Assembly (NCBI RefSeq): GCF_009914755.1
Contig: NC_060941.1
DNA length: 64,000 nucleotides
Direction: 5' to 3' (one strand)
Origin: the human T2T-CHM13v2.0 reference genome, Homo sapiens
A program made the translations under genes and the position numbers. Below are positions 17,593 to 31,369 of the stretch, in pieces. Below the pieces are notes generated by a model. That model was not told the DNA's origin, did not search any database, and saw only the letters and a list, made by a program, of their open reading frames with translations. Positions within the stretch are counted from its first letter, which is position 1, and each line of letters starts with the position of its first letter.

Positions 17593-17656
17593 TATGATGT
17601 TAGCTGGTTATTTTGCTCATTAGTTGATGCAGTTTCTTCCTAGTCTTGATGGTCTT

Positions 17657-18673
17657 TACATTTTGGCATGATTTTGCAGCGGCTGGTACCGGTTGTTCCT
17701 TTCCATGTTTAGTGCTTCCTTCAGGAGCTCTTTTAGAGCAGGCCTGGTGGTGACAAAAATCTCTCAGCATTTGCTTGTCTGTAAAGTATTTTATTTCTCC
17801 TTCACTTATGAAGCTTAGTTTGGCTGGATATGAAATTCTGGGTTGAAAATTCTTTTCTTTAAGAATGTTGAATATTGGCCCCCACTCTCTTCTGGTTTGT
17901 AGGGTTTCTGCCGAGAGATCCGCTGTTAGTCTGATGGGCTTCCCTTTGAGGGTAACCCGACCTTTCTCTCTGGCTGCCCTTAACATTTTTTCCTTCATTT
18001 CAACTTTGGTGAATCTGACAATTATGTGTCTTGGAGTTGCTCTTCTCGAGGAGTATCTTTGTGGCATTCTCTGTATTTCCTGAATCTGAACGTTGGCCTG
18101 CCTTGCTAGATTGGGGAAGTTCTCCTGGATAATATCCTGCAGAGTGTTTTCCAACTTGGTTCCATTCTCCCCATCACTTTCAGGTACACCAATCAGACGT
18201 AGATTTGGTCTTTTCACATAGTCCCATATGTCTTGGAGGCTTTGCTCATTTCTTTTTATTCTTTTTTCTCTAAACTTCCCTTCTCGCTTCATTTCATTCA
18301 TTTCATCTTCCATCGCTGATACCCTTTCTTCCAGTTGATTGCATCGGCTCCTGAGGCTTCTGCATTCTTCACGTAGTTCTCGAGCCTTGGTTTTCAGCTC
18401 CATCAGCTCCTTTAAGCACTTCTCTGTATTGGTTATTCTAGTTATACATTCCTCTAAATGTTTTTCAAAGTTTTCAACTTCTTTGCCTTTGGTTTGCATG
18501 TCCTCCCGTAGCTCAGAGTAATTTGATCATCTGAAGCCTTCTTCTCTCAGCTCGTCAAAGTCATTCTCCATCCAGCTTTGTTCCGTTTCTGGTGAGGAAC
18601 TGCATTCCTTTGGAGGAGGAGAGGTGCTCTGCTGTTTAGAGTTTCCAGTTTTTCTGTTCTGTTTTTTCCCCAT
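17657..18673 (-). pseudogene. L1 ORF1p, disrupted
   Basis: ATG at 18673 (atggggaaaaaacagaac); CGA>TGA-type stop near 18530; ORF1p motifs WDYVKRPNLRLIG and YPAKLSF in ORF 18499-17600; +1 frameshift near 17757. Confidence 0.93.
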
Positions 18674-19579
18674 CTTTGTGGTTTTATCTACTTTTGGTCT
18701 TTGATGATGGTGATGTACAGATGGGTTTTTGGTGTGGATGTCCTTTCTGTTTGTTAGTTTTCCTTCTAACAGACAGGACCCTCAGCTGCAGGTCTGTTGG
18801 AATACCCTGCCGTGTGAGGTGTCAGTGTGCCCCTGCTGGGGGGTGCCTCCCAGTTAGGCTGTTGGGGGTCAGGGGTCAGGGACCCACTTGAGGAGGCAGT
18901 CTGCCCGTTTTCAGATCTCCAGCTGCATGCTGGGAGAGCCACTGCTCTCTTCAAAGCTGTCAGACAGGGACATTTAAGTCTGCAGAGGTTACTGCTGTCT
19001 TTTTGTTTGTCTGTGCCCTGCCCCCAGAGGTGGAGCGTACAGAGGCAGGCAGACCTCCTTGAGCTGTGGTAGGCTCCACCCAGTTCGAGCTTCCCGGCTG
19101 CTTTGTTTACCTAATGAAGCCTGGGCAATCGCAGGCGCCCCTCCCCCAGCCTCGCTGCTGCCTTGCAGTTTGATCTCAGACTGCTGTGCTAGCAATCAGC
19201 GAGACTCCTTGGGCATAGGACCCTCCAAGCCAGGTGCGGGATATAATCTCGTGGTGCGCCGTTTTTTAAGCCCGTCGGAAAAGTGCAGTATTCGGGTGGG
19301 AGTGACCCAATTTTCCAGGTGCCATCCGTCACCCCTTTCTTTGACTCAGAAAGGGAACTCCCTGACCCCTTGCGCTTCCCAAGTGAGGCAATGCCTCGCC
19401 CTGCTTCGGCTCGCACACGGTGCGTGCACCCACTGACCTGAGCCCACTGTCTGGCACTCCCTAGTGAGATGAACCCGGTACCTCAGATGGAAATGCAGAA
19501 ATCACCGTCTTCTGCGTCGCTCATGCTGGGAGCTGTAGACCGGAGCTGTTCCTATTCGGCCATCTTGGCTCCTTCCCCC
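18674..19579 (-). promoter_or_regulatory. L1 5'UTR internal sense promoter with intact YY1 site, plus antisense promoter region
   Basis: caagatggcc YY1 motif near the 5' end; the most CpG-rich stretch of the window; promoter function comes from established L1 biology, activity at this locus is unknown. Confidence 0.75.
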
Positions 19580-20544
19580 AAACTGTTATTTCTTAAAGAA
19601 TGAGAAAGTTGTTGCCAAATGGAGAGGATACAGCCATGTGAAGAATCCCAGGGAGAAGGAACAGCATATTCAAAAGCATCAGAACATATATACCATGTGT
19701 TCCTTGACACAGATTCAGGCCGACATGACCATATTTCAGGATATATAGGAGACAGAAGAAGGAGATAAGACTAGAGAAAGTTGCAGGAGTCATACCACAA
19801 GGGTATCACACCAAGACAGAGTCATGCCAAGACAGGTTAGACGGAGCTCTTGTCTAACAGGAAACAAGCAACTAATGAAGGGTTTTTAATAAGGAATTGC
19901 CTAATCAGGAGAATTTGTATCATCAGATTTCATGACTGGAAAACAGAATCATATAGGAAATCACTCGATTACTTTCACCATCTTTATACCTTGTTAATAA
20001 TAGTTGATTTTAACTTAAATATCACAGGCTCCACTAGCTGGTAATTAAAACTGTGGTCACATTTTACAGTAAGGAACAGCATTTAGGTGTTCTGAGTCCT
20101 TACACACTGACTATCAGGAAGGTCCTTGCTTTCTAGGAAGTTTCCTGTATTAATATTGTAGAGAACCCCAAAGGCTTTTTAGATATTCTTTCCCTGTTTG
20201 GTGACTAGTTAAGGCTGCTTTCTTCTATTGAGTCTTCTGGTGTTTGGTGGGGCATAGGGTATCTTACTACCCAGTGTTCTGTGATTCCTCTGCTTATGTG
20301 CCCAGCGTTGGTCTGCTGTCTCAGGCCACTTTCCTCATTACTGCTCTTGCCCTGGACTTCTGATTCCCCAAGCAGTCCCTAGGAAGCCTATGTTACTGCA
20401 GGTCTCTTCTATATCACCAAAATCTGCCATTTCTGTTTAATTTTTAATTGAGGGGTTCAACAGAAAAGCTGCTTGGGGTCCTAGAAGCAATTATGTTTTT
20501 ATGCAAAAGTTGTTTTCTTCTGAGAGAAAACAATCACTTAGGAC

Positions 20545-20684
20545 AATAGGGCTGCTGAGAGAATAAGCATGTGTTTATATAGTAACACATAGGTCAGGGA
20601 AGGGAATCTGCCCTAATAGGACGGGTGAGAGAATAAGCATGTGTTTATACAGTAACACATAGGTCAGGGAAGGGAATCTGCCCT
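20545..20684. repeat. 70-bp tandem duplication (2 copies)
   Basis: 20545-20614 vs 20615-20684, 66/70 identical. Confidence 0.95.
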
Positions 20685-21664
20685 ACACTGATAGTCTCTT
20701 CAGTTCATAATGGTGAGTGTTTGTTTTCTGAGTCATCTGTGTCTCCAGTTGTGCAGGGAAAAGGAAACACAGTTTAGCAGAGGTAGTTATAATTACAGAT
20801 AAGTTTTGCCTTTTTGGTTCCTAGGTTACAGTCAAAGCAATGGATATTTCTGGGTACCTACTTCACTATCTCCCTCACTTCTTGAAAGTTAAGATATTCT
20901 AAGATGTCTTAGGAGGAGGTGTCACCATAGTCTATATATTGGCTAATTTAGCTCCGGTTCAGCTAATGAAGTATACAAATATTAATATAAGGCATCTGAT
21001 AAAACTGAGATGGCCACTGGTCATGCTATTTTAAGAAATATTTATTGAACTTCCACAATGTGTTGGGTGGTGCTTCTATTGGGTAAGATTATTGTTACAG
21101 ATCTTCACATTCTCCAGTAGATCACTCCTCGGTGGAGAGAGCCCTAAAGGCAAGAAGAGAAGTCTCGTTCTTCTCTCCATCCTTCCCCTGTTTTCTAAAG
21201 ATAGTAACTACAAGCAGGTCCCTGGGACATGGGCATTTGAAATGACATGGGAAACTATATTTTCATCCTCCCAAAGGGGCAGGTTTTACTTTTTGTGACC
21301 AAAAGCCAAATACTTTTTAAATGTGATAGATGCTAGCTGCTTTTTGATCTGTTCTTTATGCTTTCCTTTTTGGACTTTCCTTACTCCAGATGATCCTAGT
21401 GGAGGTGTCATTCATGAAATGCATTAGTTTGTAAGATGAGGATGAGGAACATATGACACTAACAGTCAAAGACATGCTAATAACCTGCCTCTCCAAACAA
21501 GGAGCTCCTGATTTGTAGCACTAGCATTTGTAGTGTCTCTGTGGTATAAACACCCCCACTCTCCCACCATGACTGACTTCAAGCTAATAACATGACATCA
21601 CTAGATGTGGACATGGGAGAGGGGCATGAAATTGGCTGTGCCAAATTTATACAAGCCTGCTTCA

Positions 21665-22100
21665 TTAAGCCACCACCAACACACCAATCACGATACCTTC
21701 TATCCTTCTGGACATAGTGATTGGTTCAGAATCAGGTACATAAGTCCAGACAAGACTGATTAACAACTTTCTGAGGAATCTGTATGGATGTTTGTGGGCA
21801 AAGGGCCATTCACTTTCTTCTGGAATTAAGGCTGTGCAGACAATGTAAATGAACAACAGCTAATCACCACATCTGCTACCCTAGGAAGAGAGTGTATGTA
21901 AAACTAAGGCAGAGAGGATAGTACAGCCATGAAGTGAAGAGAGTCCTGTTGACAATTTGAAACCCTGTGTCTAGTTTTACCTGACCGGAATCAGCCCTCT
22001 GAGACTTTCTGATTACATAAGCAAATGAATTCACTTTTTTACATACGCTAATTTAAGTTGGGTTTCTGTCACTTGCAAGCAAAATAATCTTCATCCTAAC
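21665..22100 (+). mobile_element. Old MLT1/LTR16-like LTR remnant
   Basis: ggacatagtgattggttcag...aagttgggtttctgtcacttgcaa, typical of old MaLR LTRs. Confidence 0.55.
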
Positions 22101-22381
22101 GAATAAAGAATGTCTTAGAATAGGGGATTTATATTTTTGCATTCTGAAAATAGAAAGTTTAGAAATCTTTGGGGACCCAGCTATAGATGATTAGGCGTTC
22201 TCTAAATAGAGGGGATGTATAAGAAAAAATTGAAATTTCCTTGGGAAGCAAAACAAGTCAGGAGACCACAAAGCAAGGGGGAGAGTGTCTCAGGCCTAGA
22301 GCCTCCAGGAACAGTATCAGCCAGGGGACTGGGCCAGGGACTTTGAGCTTCTTGAGCCAGAGGGCTGCTCTATGGCTTTTA

Positions 22382-22445
22382 AAATCAATTACATATGAAA
22401 AGCTGATATGATTTCATATGTAATTGATTTCAATTACATATGAAA
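22382..22445. repeat. Direct-inverted-direct triplet (19-bp perfect inverted repeat)
   Basis: aaatcaattacatatgaaa (22382-22400), its reverse complement (22412-22430), then tcaattacatatgaaa (22430-22445). Confidence 0.95.
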
Positions 22446-22942
22446 GAAGTGATAACAGTCTCCTGGATGATAAATGCAATCTTCTCCAAAAATTCTACCC
22501 TTTACATTATCGCCAGAGTTATCTTTATAACTGAACATCTGATCGTTCCACTTAGATGTAAACTGCTTTCATAACTTCCCTTTATTTTGGTAGAAAAAAA
22601 ATCAAAACTCTATTTCATGGCATGTCAGACCCTTTGTAATTTGGCTTTTTATAGTACTTTATTTCTATTTCCTTTTGCTTTCCTCTAAACACCTACACAC
22701 TTATCCTTTTGCACTTCCTGGACCCCTGAATAGACCACATGCACATGGACTGCACATTTGTGTACCTAAAAGATACTTACCCTGCTGTCGACCTCGTTAA
22801 GACCTACTCACTGTCTATGTCCTAGCACAATTATTGTTTCCTAAAAGAAGCATTTCCAGACTCCTTCAGGTGCGTATAACTTTCTCCTCCATTCTCTGTT
22901 ACCACTGTACCTGCCTCATTATTGTCACAAGTATAACTGTTT

Positions 22943-23328
22943 TACTTAGTTCTGGCTGCTATAACAAAATACCATAGACTGGGTGGTTTTAACAACAAAC
23001 TGTTTTTTTTTTTTTTTTTTTTTTTTTTACGGTTCTGGAAGCTGGAAACTCCAAGTTTAAGACACTGGAAAATTCAGTGTCTGTTGGAGTCCCACATCCT
23101 GGTTCATAGAGAGCCATTTTCTCTGTGTGTCCTCATGAGGCAGAAAAAGAGCTAGAAAGCTCTCTGGGGCCTCTTTTATAAGGGCTGCAACCGCATCCAT
23201 GATACCTCCACCCTCATGACTTAATTCCCTCCCAAAGGTCCCAGCTACTAATACTACTGCGTTGGAGGTTAAAATTTCAACATATCAGTTTGGCAGGGAG
23301 AGGGGGCATTAACATTCAGTTCATAACA
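22943..23328 (-). mobile_element. MaLR solo LTR (MLT1A/MST-like) with internal poly(T)
   Basis: ggctgctataacaaaataccatagactgggtgg...cctcttttataaggg...aacattcagttcataaca. Confidence 0.8.
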
Positions 23329-23736
23329 ATAAGTTTGTTTTCTTCTTTGTTTATTTATTTTTATGATTGTTTCTTACTAGACTGGGAGACTCTTGATGAT
23401 GCGTAATTATTGAGTAAATCACTTAAAAATGTAGCCTAAAGGTTATTTACAAATACAACCCCTTTAGATCATCCAATTGGTGTTTCTTTCTGGCTTTAGA
23501 GTAGCAGGCAAATTTGGTTTCATAATATTTATAAATGTCAGATGTTCTGCAAGGAAGTAGAAAAATTATGAAGACATGGCTCAAGAGTCCTTGAGGCTAT
23601 TACATGCAAGAGCAAAAGACCAGGAAAGAAGTAGATGGATGGAATAGCTAGACAGATAGACATTCACGGTATAAAGGAGGTACATACAAACTTCAGTGAT
23701 AGCTCAAGAGGCACTGTGGCTAGATGAGCTGCATGA

Positions 23737-24769
<1,033 letters not shown>

Positions 24770-24919
24770 AGAAAGTGACTTTTGAATGGGGTCTTGAAGG
24801 GTATACAGAAACTTTTCCAAAAAGAAAAGGAAGGAGGGAAATCTTATTGCAGAAAGAAGGGATGGTACTTGTAAAATCACAGGTATATGCAGGATGATCA
24901 TGGTGTATACTATACCCAG

Positions 24920-25247
24920 TGCTATGGTCAGAATGTTTGTGTCCCTCCAAAATCCATATATTGAACTCCTAACCCTTAGAGTGATGGTATTAAGGAAGTA
25001 GGATCTTTAAGAGGTGATTAGATCATGAGGGGCAAGTCATCATGAATGGGATTAGTATCTTTTAAAAAGAGGTACCAGGAAGCTACCTTGCCCTTTTTCC
25101 ATAGGAGATGACAGGCTCTCACCAGATACTGATTCATCCTTGATCTTGAACATCCCAGACTCCAGAACTGTGAGAAATCATTTTCTATTGTTTATAAGAT
25201 ACTCAGTTTATGGCATTTTTTTATATCAGCCTGAACAGACTAAGACA
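24920..25247 (+). mobile_element. MaLR solo LTR (MLT1A/MSTD-like)
   Basis: tgctatggtcagaatgtttgtgtccctccaaaat...ccagaactgtgagaaat...gactaagaca. Confidence 0.85.
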
Positions 25248-25464
25248 GTCAGATTAGTGTGGCCACTGTGTGATATTTAGCTCAGTTCCTAGAATACAGT
25301 AGGTGTTCAGTAAATGTTCAATGAATGAATGAATGTAGGCTGCATGAATAAGAATGATAGGACAAATATGCGGAAAGTAATTTGGGACCTACATTGGAAG
25401 GATCTTAATTTGTCAAGGTAAGACCTTAGTAATTCATCCAGGCTTAAAATAAGTCATTATTTCT

Positions 25465-25630
25465 TGGTGGTTAAGCCTGAGCACTATTTGGACTGCCCAG
25501 GCTGAATGCTGGTTCCATCACTTACCATTTTTGTATCTGTAGGAAAGCCTAAATCTCAGTTTATTCACCCATAAAATGGGGAAAATAATTACATACATTT
25601 TGTAGGTTGCTGTGAGGATTAAAGAGTTTA
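25465..25630 (+). mobile_element. MIR fragment
   Basis: ggtggttaag...ctcagtttattcacccataaaatgggg...ggttgctgtgaggattaaa. Confidence 0.7.
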
Positions 25631-27225
25631 GAACAGAGATTCATTCAATGTGAATCCCTGATAAAGGCTAATTACTATTGTTATTAACACTTTATGCCCT
25701 AGAGAGCATTTGAAGAATTTTAAAGGAAAGAATGACAAGAGTAGATTTTATTACTTTAAGATGCTGCAGGGCTGTTGGCATGCTCAGGTACACAGAATGC
25801 CACCTTGAAAATTTTTTTTTCAGACTCTCTTGATTTGGGATAAAAAATTTCTTACAACCCCATGAAAAACATTGCTGATTTCAAAAAGAGTCCAGTAGCA
25901 AAAAGAGTCCAGAGTATGAAAAAGAACCAGTCAAATCCTGGGACTAGATAATGATATATATCACTGGTTGCAAAAACTCTTAGCCCTGGAGAAAGAAAAC
26001 AGTAGCTTGGAAATAGGACTGAAATAGGACTCTTAGGAATGAGAGTAAGAAAGGCTAGTATTAAATTTCAAGTTTAACCAGGCATAGAAGAACAGGCAAA
26101 GGGAATTAGAGAAAATGGAAACATGGCTAAATGTCCAACAACAGTTACCAAAAGAGGAAAATGCATCGAAATATGTAACTATCTCAGTGCTCCTAATTCT
26201 ACCTTTTACCCTTGAAGGACAGCTCCAGATTCTATCATTTGGGATAAGTGCAGCTCTGGGTGGTATGACTTTTGCATGAAGCCTGATGCAAAATGCAGTA
26301 ACAAGAAAGAGTGAGTGACCATGGAGGTTCCCAACAACTTTCTGTAACTTTGACCTGAGTCCTTTAACTATGGCTGGAGTTTTAACAGCTACATATTAGT
26401 GAATGACACTAAGAAAAAGCATAATTTCTAGCACCTATGCTTCCATACCTAACAATGCCTTAGGCATTAATGTAACCTGATTGTAGGGATTGACAGCTCT
26501 GGTATATCATGTAATTTGGGAGACAAAGAGGAAGATAGTACTCGGAGTAGTGGTGTCTAGATTATTCCTTGGGGGTTTTGTGAGATTAACACCTGGGGTG
26601 TAAAAAAAAGTGATTTTGTAGTCATATTAGTTTGGAAATAGTGGCTCAAACAGAATTAAGCTAGTTTATTTATGTGTAGGTCTTCTCAGATGCTTACTAT
26701 GCCAATGTTTATGATTAGTTTTCTGAAGGGAAGATCTAGGCAATAGGAAAGACAGCAAGGCATGGAGTATAAAGTTTTGCTCTCAATATGGCCAATCTAA
26801 TGAGAGAGACAGAAAAGTAATCCAACTATAGCAATAGTTTGTGAATACTTCTGCTGAGTGGAATATCTTGCTTACCACTTACCTCTTCACTAATGGTTTT
26901 GAATGCCAAAACCAAACCAATTGTCTTACTGGCATTTGCCTCTTGTCTGCACAGTGACATCAGAATTCAGTTAAATAATTAAAGACTGTTAGGCACGCTG
27001 GGGACAGCTCAGTCTTACATCTGGCCCTTGTTTTACAATCAGTTCTTTCTCAGGGATCCTAGTCTAAATTCTGTCTTCTAGATTCAATGCTGTATACAAG
27101 ACAAAATCATGAGATTTCTCATGATTTCTTTCAAATGTGTAGAATTCCTAGAATCAGAGACATTAGAATAGGAGGAAATGTAAGTTACCATCATATTGAA
27201 TCCCTTCATTAGATATCATCGTGTT

Positions 27226-27849
27226 CACTGTTGGTGGGACTGTAAACTAGTTCAACCATTGTGGAAGTCAGTGTGGCGATTCCTCAGGGATCTAGAACTA
27301 GAAATACCATTTGACCCAGCCATCCCATTACTGGGTATATACCCAAAGGACTATAAATCATGCTGCTATAAAGACATATGCACACGTATGTTTATTGCGG
27401 CACTATTCACAATAGCAAAGACTTGGAACCAACCCAAATGTCCAACAATGATAGACTGGATTAAGAAAATGTGGCACATATACACCATGGAATACTGTGC
27501 AGCCATAAAAAATGATGAGTTCATGTCCTTTGTAGGGACATGGATGAAATTGGAAATCTTCATTCTCAATAAACTATCGCAAGGACAAAAAACCAAACAC
27601 CGCATGTTCTCACTCATAGATGGGAATTGAACAATGAGAACACATGGACACAGGAAGGGGAACATCACATTCTGGGGACTGTTGTGGAGTGGCGGGGAGG
27701 GGGGAGGGATGGCATTAGGAGATATACCTAATGCTAAATGATGAGTTGATGGGTGCAGCACACCAGCATGGCACATGTATACATATGTAACTAACCTGCA
27801 CATTGTGCACATGTACCCTAAAACTTAAAGTATAATAATAATAATAAAA
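27226..27849 (+). mobile_element. 5'-truncated L1PA3/4-like element (~620 bp), 17-bp TSD
   Basis: ORF2 tail ([12 protein letters not shown]) plus 3'UTR and (AAT)n tail; TSD agatatcat[c/t]gtgttca at 27211-27227 and 27850-27866 (one CpG transition). Confidence 0.95.
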
Positions 27850-27911
27850 AGATATCATTGTGTTCAATTCCTTAATTTTATACAAGAGTTTCCTAAATAT
27901 GTAGGTCTAGA

Positions 27912-28032
27912 CATGACTGGCATGTATAGCTGCCTGAGTTGTACACTGCACAACTGCAAGGTGCCTTTCACTAGACCATAATGTGAATTTCACCTCTTGA
28001 AGTAATCTGTGTAACCATAGGTAGTGACCTTG
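27912..28032. mobile_element. MER91C-like palindromic hAT MITE
   Basis: gttgtacactgcacaactgcaaggtgcctttcactagaccataatgtgaatttcacctcttgaag matches recalled MER91C core; decayed dyad symmetry. Confidence 0.7.
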
Positions 28033-29704
28033 GCTTAGACATACAGTTTTGTTTTCTCCTAGAAGAGATAGCTATGGTTTTAAAATGCCTAAGAATAGTG
28101 ATTAAAGTGCAATAATCAAAGAAGCATAAATCCCAACATCTGAAAGGTATATTATGCTTCTAAAACACAATGTTCTATTATAAAATAAATAAATTGGGTG
28201 AACATGTGGCAGTTATTCAGTAAAAAAAAACTTGTATAATATTAGTAGTTTCAAATTTTTACTTCCTATATTTAGTAAGTGATTAAAAAAGTAATAAAGA
28301 AGGTGGGCAGGAAGAGTGGAGCCGCAGAGAGTGACACTGAGTGTTCAGGAAGAGTATAGAAGCAAAAAAAAAAAAAAAACTACTCAGTGAACATCTAATG
28401 GAAAACCAGATGTCAAAATAACAATGAAATATATAAATATAATCTCAGTTTTATATAATTATCCTTGGTGAGTCATCTCATGTGGCTTGCAAGTTACAAA
28501 TAGAGTAAGCCAAATTTCTCTTCTTAAATAAGAAAATTTAGGAAACGAAAGTTTTAATGTGTTTTCTGACACCTCTTGGAAGTTAATTTCCAGAATGCCT
28601 AACACAGATAGCATCACCAATAAATCTCAGTCTTATGCCTGCTGCAGCTTTATGATCTGTCTCCACTAGGCTTGTCAAGGTGCTCAAAACATAAATAGCC
28701 ATCAGGAACAGAAGCTGTCTTCTCTACACCACTGTGAGGTTTACCTTGTCAGAGAGGACTTAGATCTCTCAGGCATTGGAGGGGACTGCACAGCATTGGT
28801 AGGATGGCTCTACTTCCTTCACTTGCTTTACTTATTTCTCACTGGGCTGTGATGACATTGAGTACAGGGACTCTATTCCATCCTGGGCCACACAGCAGAC
28901 ACTCAATAAATAATTGTCGTGAGAGAGAAAGTTGTAGCCTCTTTCACCTATCATTTGAGAATCTCAGCTCCAGTCCCTGGAAGCTGTTTGTTCATGCCTA
29001 TTAAGCCCCAAGCCTACTGGCATTCTACAAGGTCCAAAAGGCTATTTTAGCCAAGATAGATGTTTGCACAGCTTCGTCACTTTTCTGGCAAGAGTAGAAG
29101 TGGACAACGCTAATATTCATTCTGGATCAGAATCAGGAATTCCTGTTTGCTTAGTTTCCAGAGATAAATCTTCCTGTACATAGAAATGTATCATGTTGAT
29201 GCTTCTGATGGGCAGGATGCCCAGAGCTTCATTGAGTTATCAATGTTTCCACTTGATCTATTGACAATGGAGGCTTGAAAGTAAACAGCTTTGCCGATTC
29301 CAAATAGCTGGTTTGAGGCTGGGCAAACAGGAAAGCTTTGCACAAAGCTAAAAGCTGGCACAGGGCTTGGGGTTTTCAGTAAGTTTCTGCAGTTGGTTTT
29401 AAGAAGAGAAAAAGAACTCTGGATTATAAAATTAGGGCAGCAGATTGGACCTTGAATTTAATTAGTGTGTTTAGAGATAACTAACCCATTCAAGAAATGA
29501 GGTAGTGCTGTACAATAGTGAGAGAAAAATGGATTTTAAGTCTAAGGCTACCATTCAGGGAAATCATCTATCCCTTCTGGTATCAAATTTCTATATTTCT
29601 AAGAAAAATATAGTGACAGCAAAGATGACTTGATAGAAAGGGTGGGGATGAGTACTGCCATGAGAATTCAGTAACCTGGATTCTGTTTATGGATATATAA
29701 AACT

Positions 29705-30038
29705 TGATATGGTTTAGCTTTGCATTCCCACTCAAACCTAATCTCAAATTGTAATCCCCATGTGTCTAGGGAGGGAGGGGAATGGATCATGGGGGTAGTT
29801 TCCCCCATGCTGTTCTTATGATACAGAGTGAGTTCTCAGGAGATCTAGTGTTTGACAGTTCCTCCACACTCAGTCACACTCACTGTCTCTGCTGCCTTGT
29901 GAAGAAGGTGCCTGCTTCTTCTGCCATGATTGTAAGTTTCCCGTGGTCTCCCCAGCCACTGTGAGTTAAAACTCTTTCCTTTGTAAATTACCTAGTCTCA
30001 GGCATTTCTTTATAGCAGTATGAAAATGAACTAATACA
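29705..30038 (+). mobile_element. MST/THE1-family solo LTR, 5-bp TSD
   Basis: tgatatggttt...ctaataca termini; TSD aaact at 29700-29704 and 30039-30043. Confidence 0.9.
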
Positions 30039-30439
30039 AAACTCAAGACACTACTCAGCCTCATGGAGCTTTGTTTTTCTCGTATGTAAAGTGGTAATAA
30101 TAACCCCAGCAGATTACCTGGAAATAATGAACTTGATATTCAACAGCAACATAGACAGATGTTAGAAATTTTATACTGCATAAGGGAAGCAAGAATCAGA
30201 ATACACACAAAATATTGTATGTGTGTGTAAAGTTGACATATGTAATGAAAAATGGACAGAGACCCTATAAATGGATTAGAATTAGAAACTAATGTGAAGA
30301 GGGAGAAATGAGTGCTAAAATTAATGGAAGATAAAAGTAAAACATAAAAATTGTCTGACATGGACCTTAGATAATTGTACTCCTGAATTGACTCATATGA
30401 TTAACTCAATTCTGTGGTCCACAAAGGGGAAAAATAATT

Positions 30440-31030
30440 TTGCAAATAAATCTATAATTAGAAACTATAATAGCCGGTATGAATCAAATAAAAAAGATGC
30501 TATGATTAGGAATAGGCAGGGGTAGGGAAAGCTCTAACATAGATGTTAAAGTGAGTCAGAGGAAGAGTATAGGAAAGGACATTCCAGAGAGCATGAATAG
30601 CCTTTGCAAAGTTTATGATGTTGCAAACAGATTGATGCATTCAAGAAACCAAGAGAACCATGAGGCTGGTGAGTGAAGACCAGAATGGTTAGAGGTGAGC
30701 CTGAAGTGGTCTGAGAGGGCAAGTTATGCAAGACCTTGTAGACCACGTAAAGAAGTTGCATTTTAACCTAAATGCAAGGAAAAGCCATTAGGGGTTTTAA
30801 ATGCAAGGGCTGGTGGATAATAATGAAGACGGTGGGAAGAGAATGTATGTGGCGGGGTCAGATTTTTGTTGAAAAACTGTGCTCAGGGAGCCAAAGTGGA
30901 TGCAGACAGATCTATTAAGAGCTTTTTTGGAGCAATCCAGATGGACTATGAGTGATTTGGTCAACAGTGTGGGCAATGGGAATGTAGATAAATGATTGAT
31001 TAGAGAGACACTTGGAGGTAATATCAACAT
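30440..31030 (+). mobile_element. L2 LINE fragment
   Basis: gacattccagagagcatgaatagcctttgcaaag...gaccttgtagaccacgtaaagaagttgcattttaacct...aagccattaggggtttta. Confidence 0.7.
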
Positions 31031-31369
31031 GTCATATAAGTCTAATATGTCTTTGTTATAGACTATATATGTGTTCAAATTATTTGCTCCTCATTTTCAC
31101 TGGAGGATTATACATCCCTTTCTGACTGACATCAGAAATAGTCATGTTACTTTTTTTGCTGATGAAGTGTGGATGAATATATTATATGTCATGTCTAGGT
31201 AGAATCTGTAATAGCCAGTGGATGTTTTGCTCTACTTCGCATTTCCTTTGACATGACACAAACAATGCATCAGAAAGGGGCTTCCTTACCAAAGTGGGTC
31301 TCAGAATGATTGTGATGCGTGACAGAGCCTTAACTGACCAGTGAAAAAAATGAGTGAGAACTTAACTTT

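Noticed and set aside
20545-20684. CRISPR-like repeat
   Set aside because: Only two adjacent 70-bp units with no spacers, in a primate genome.
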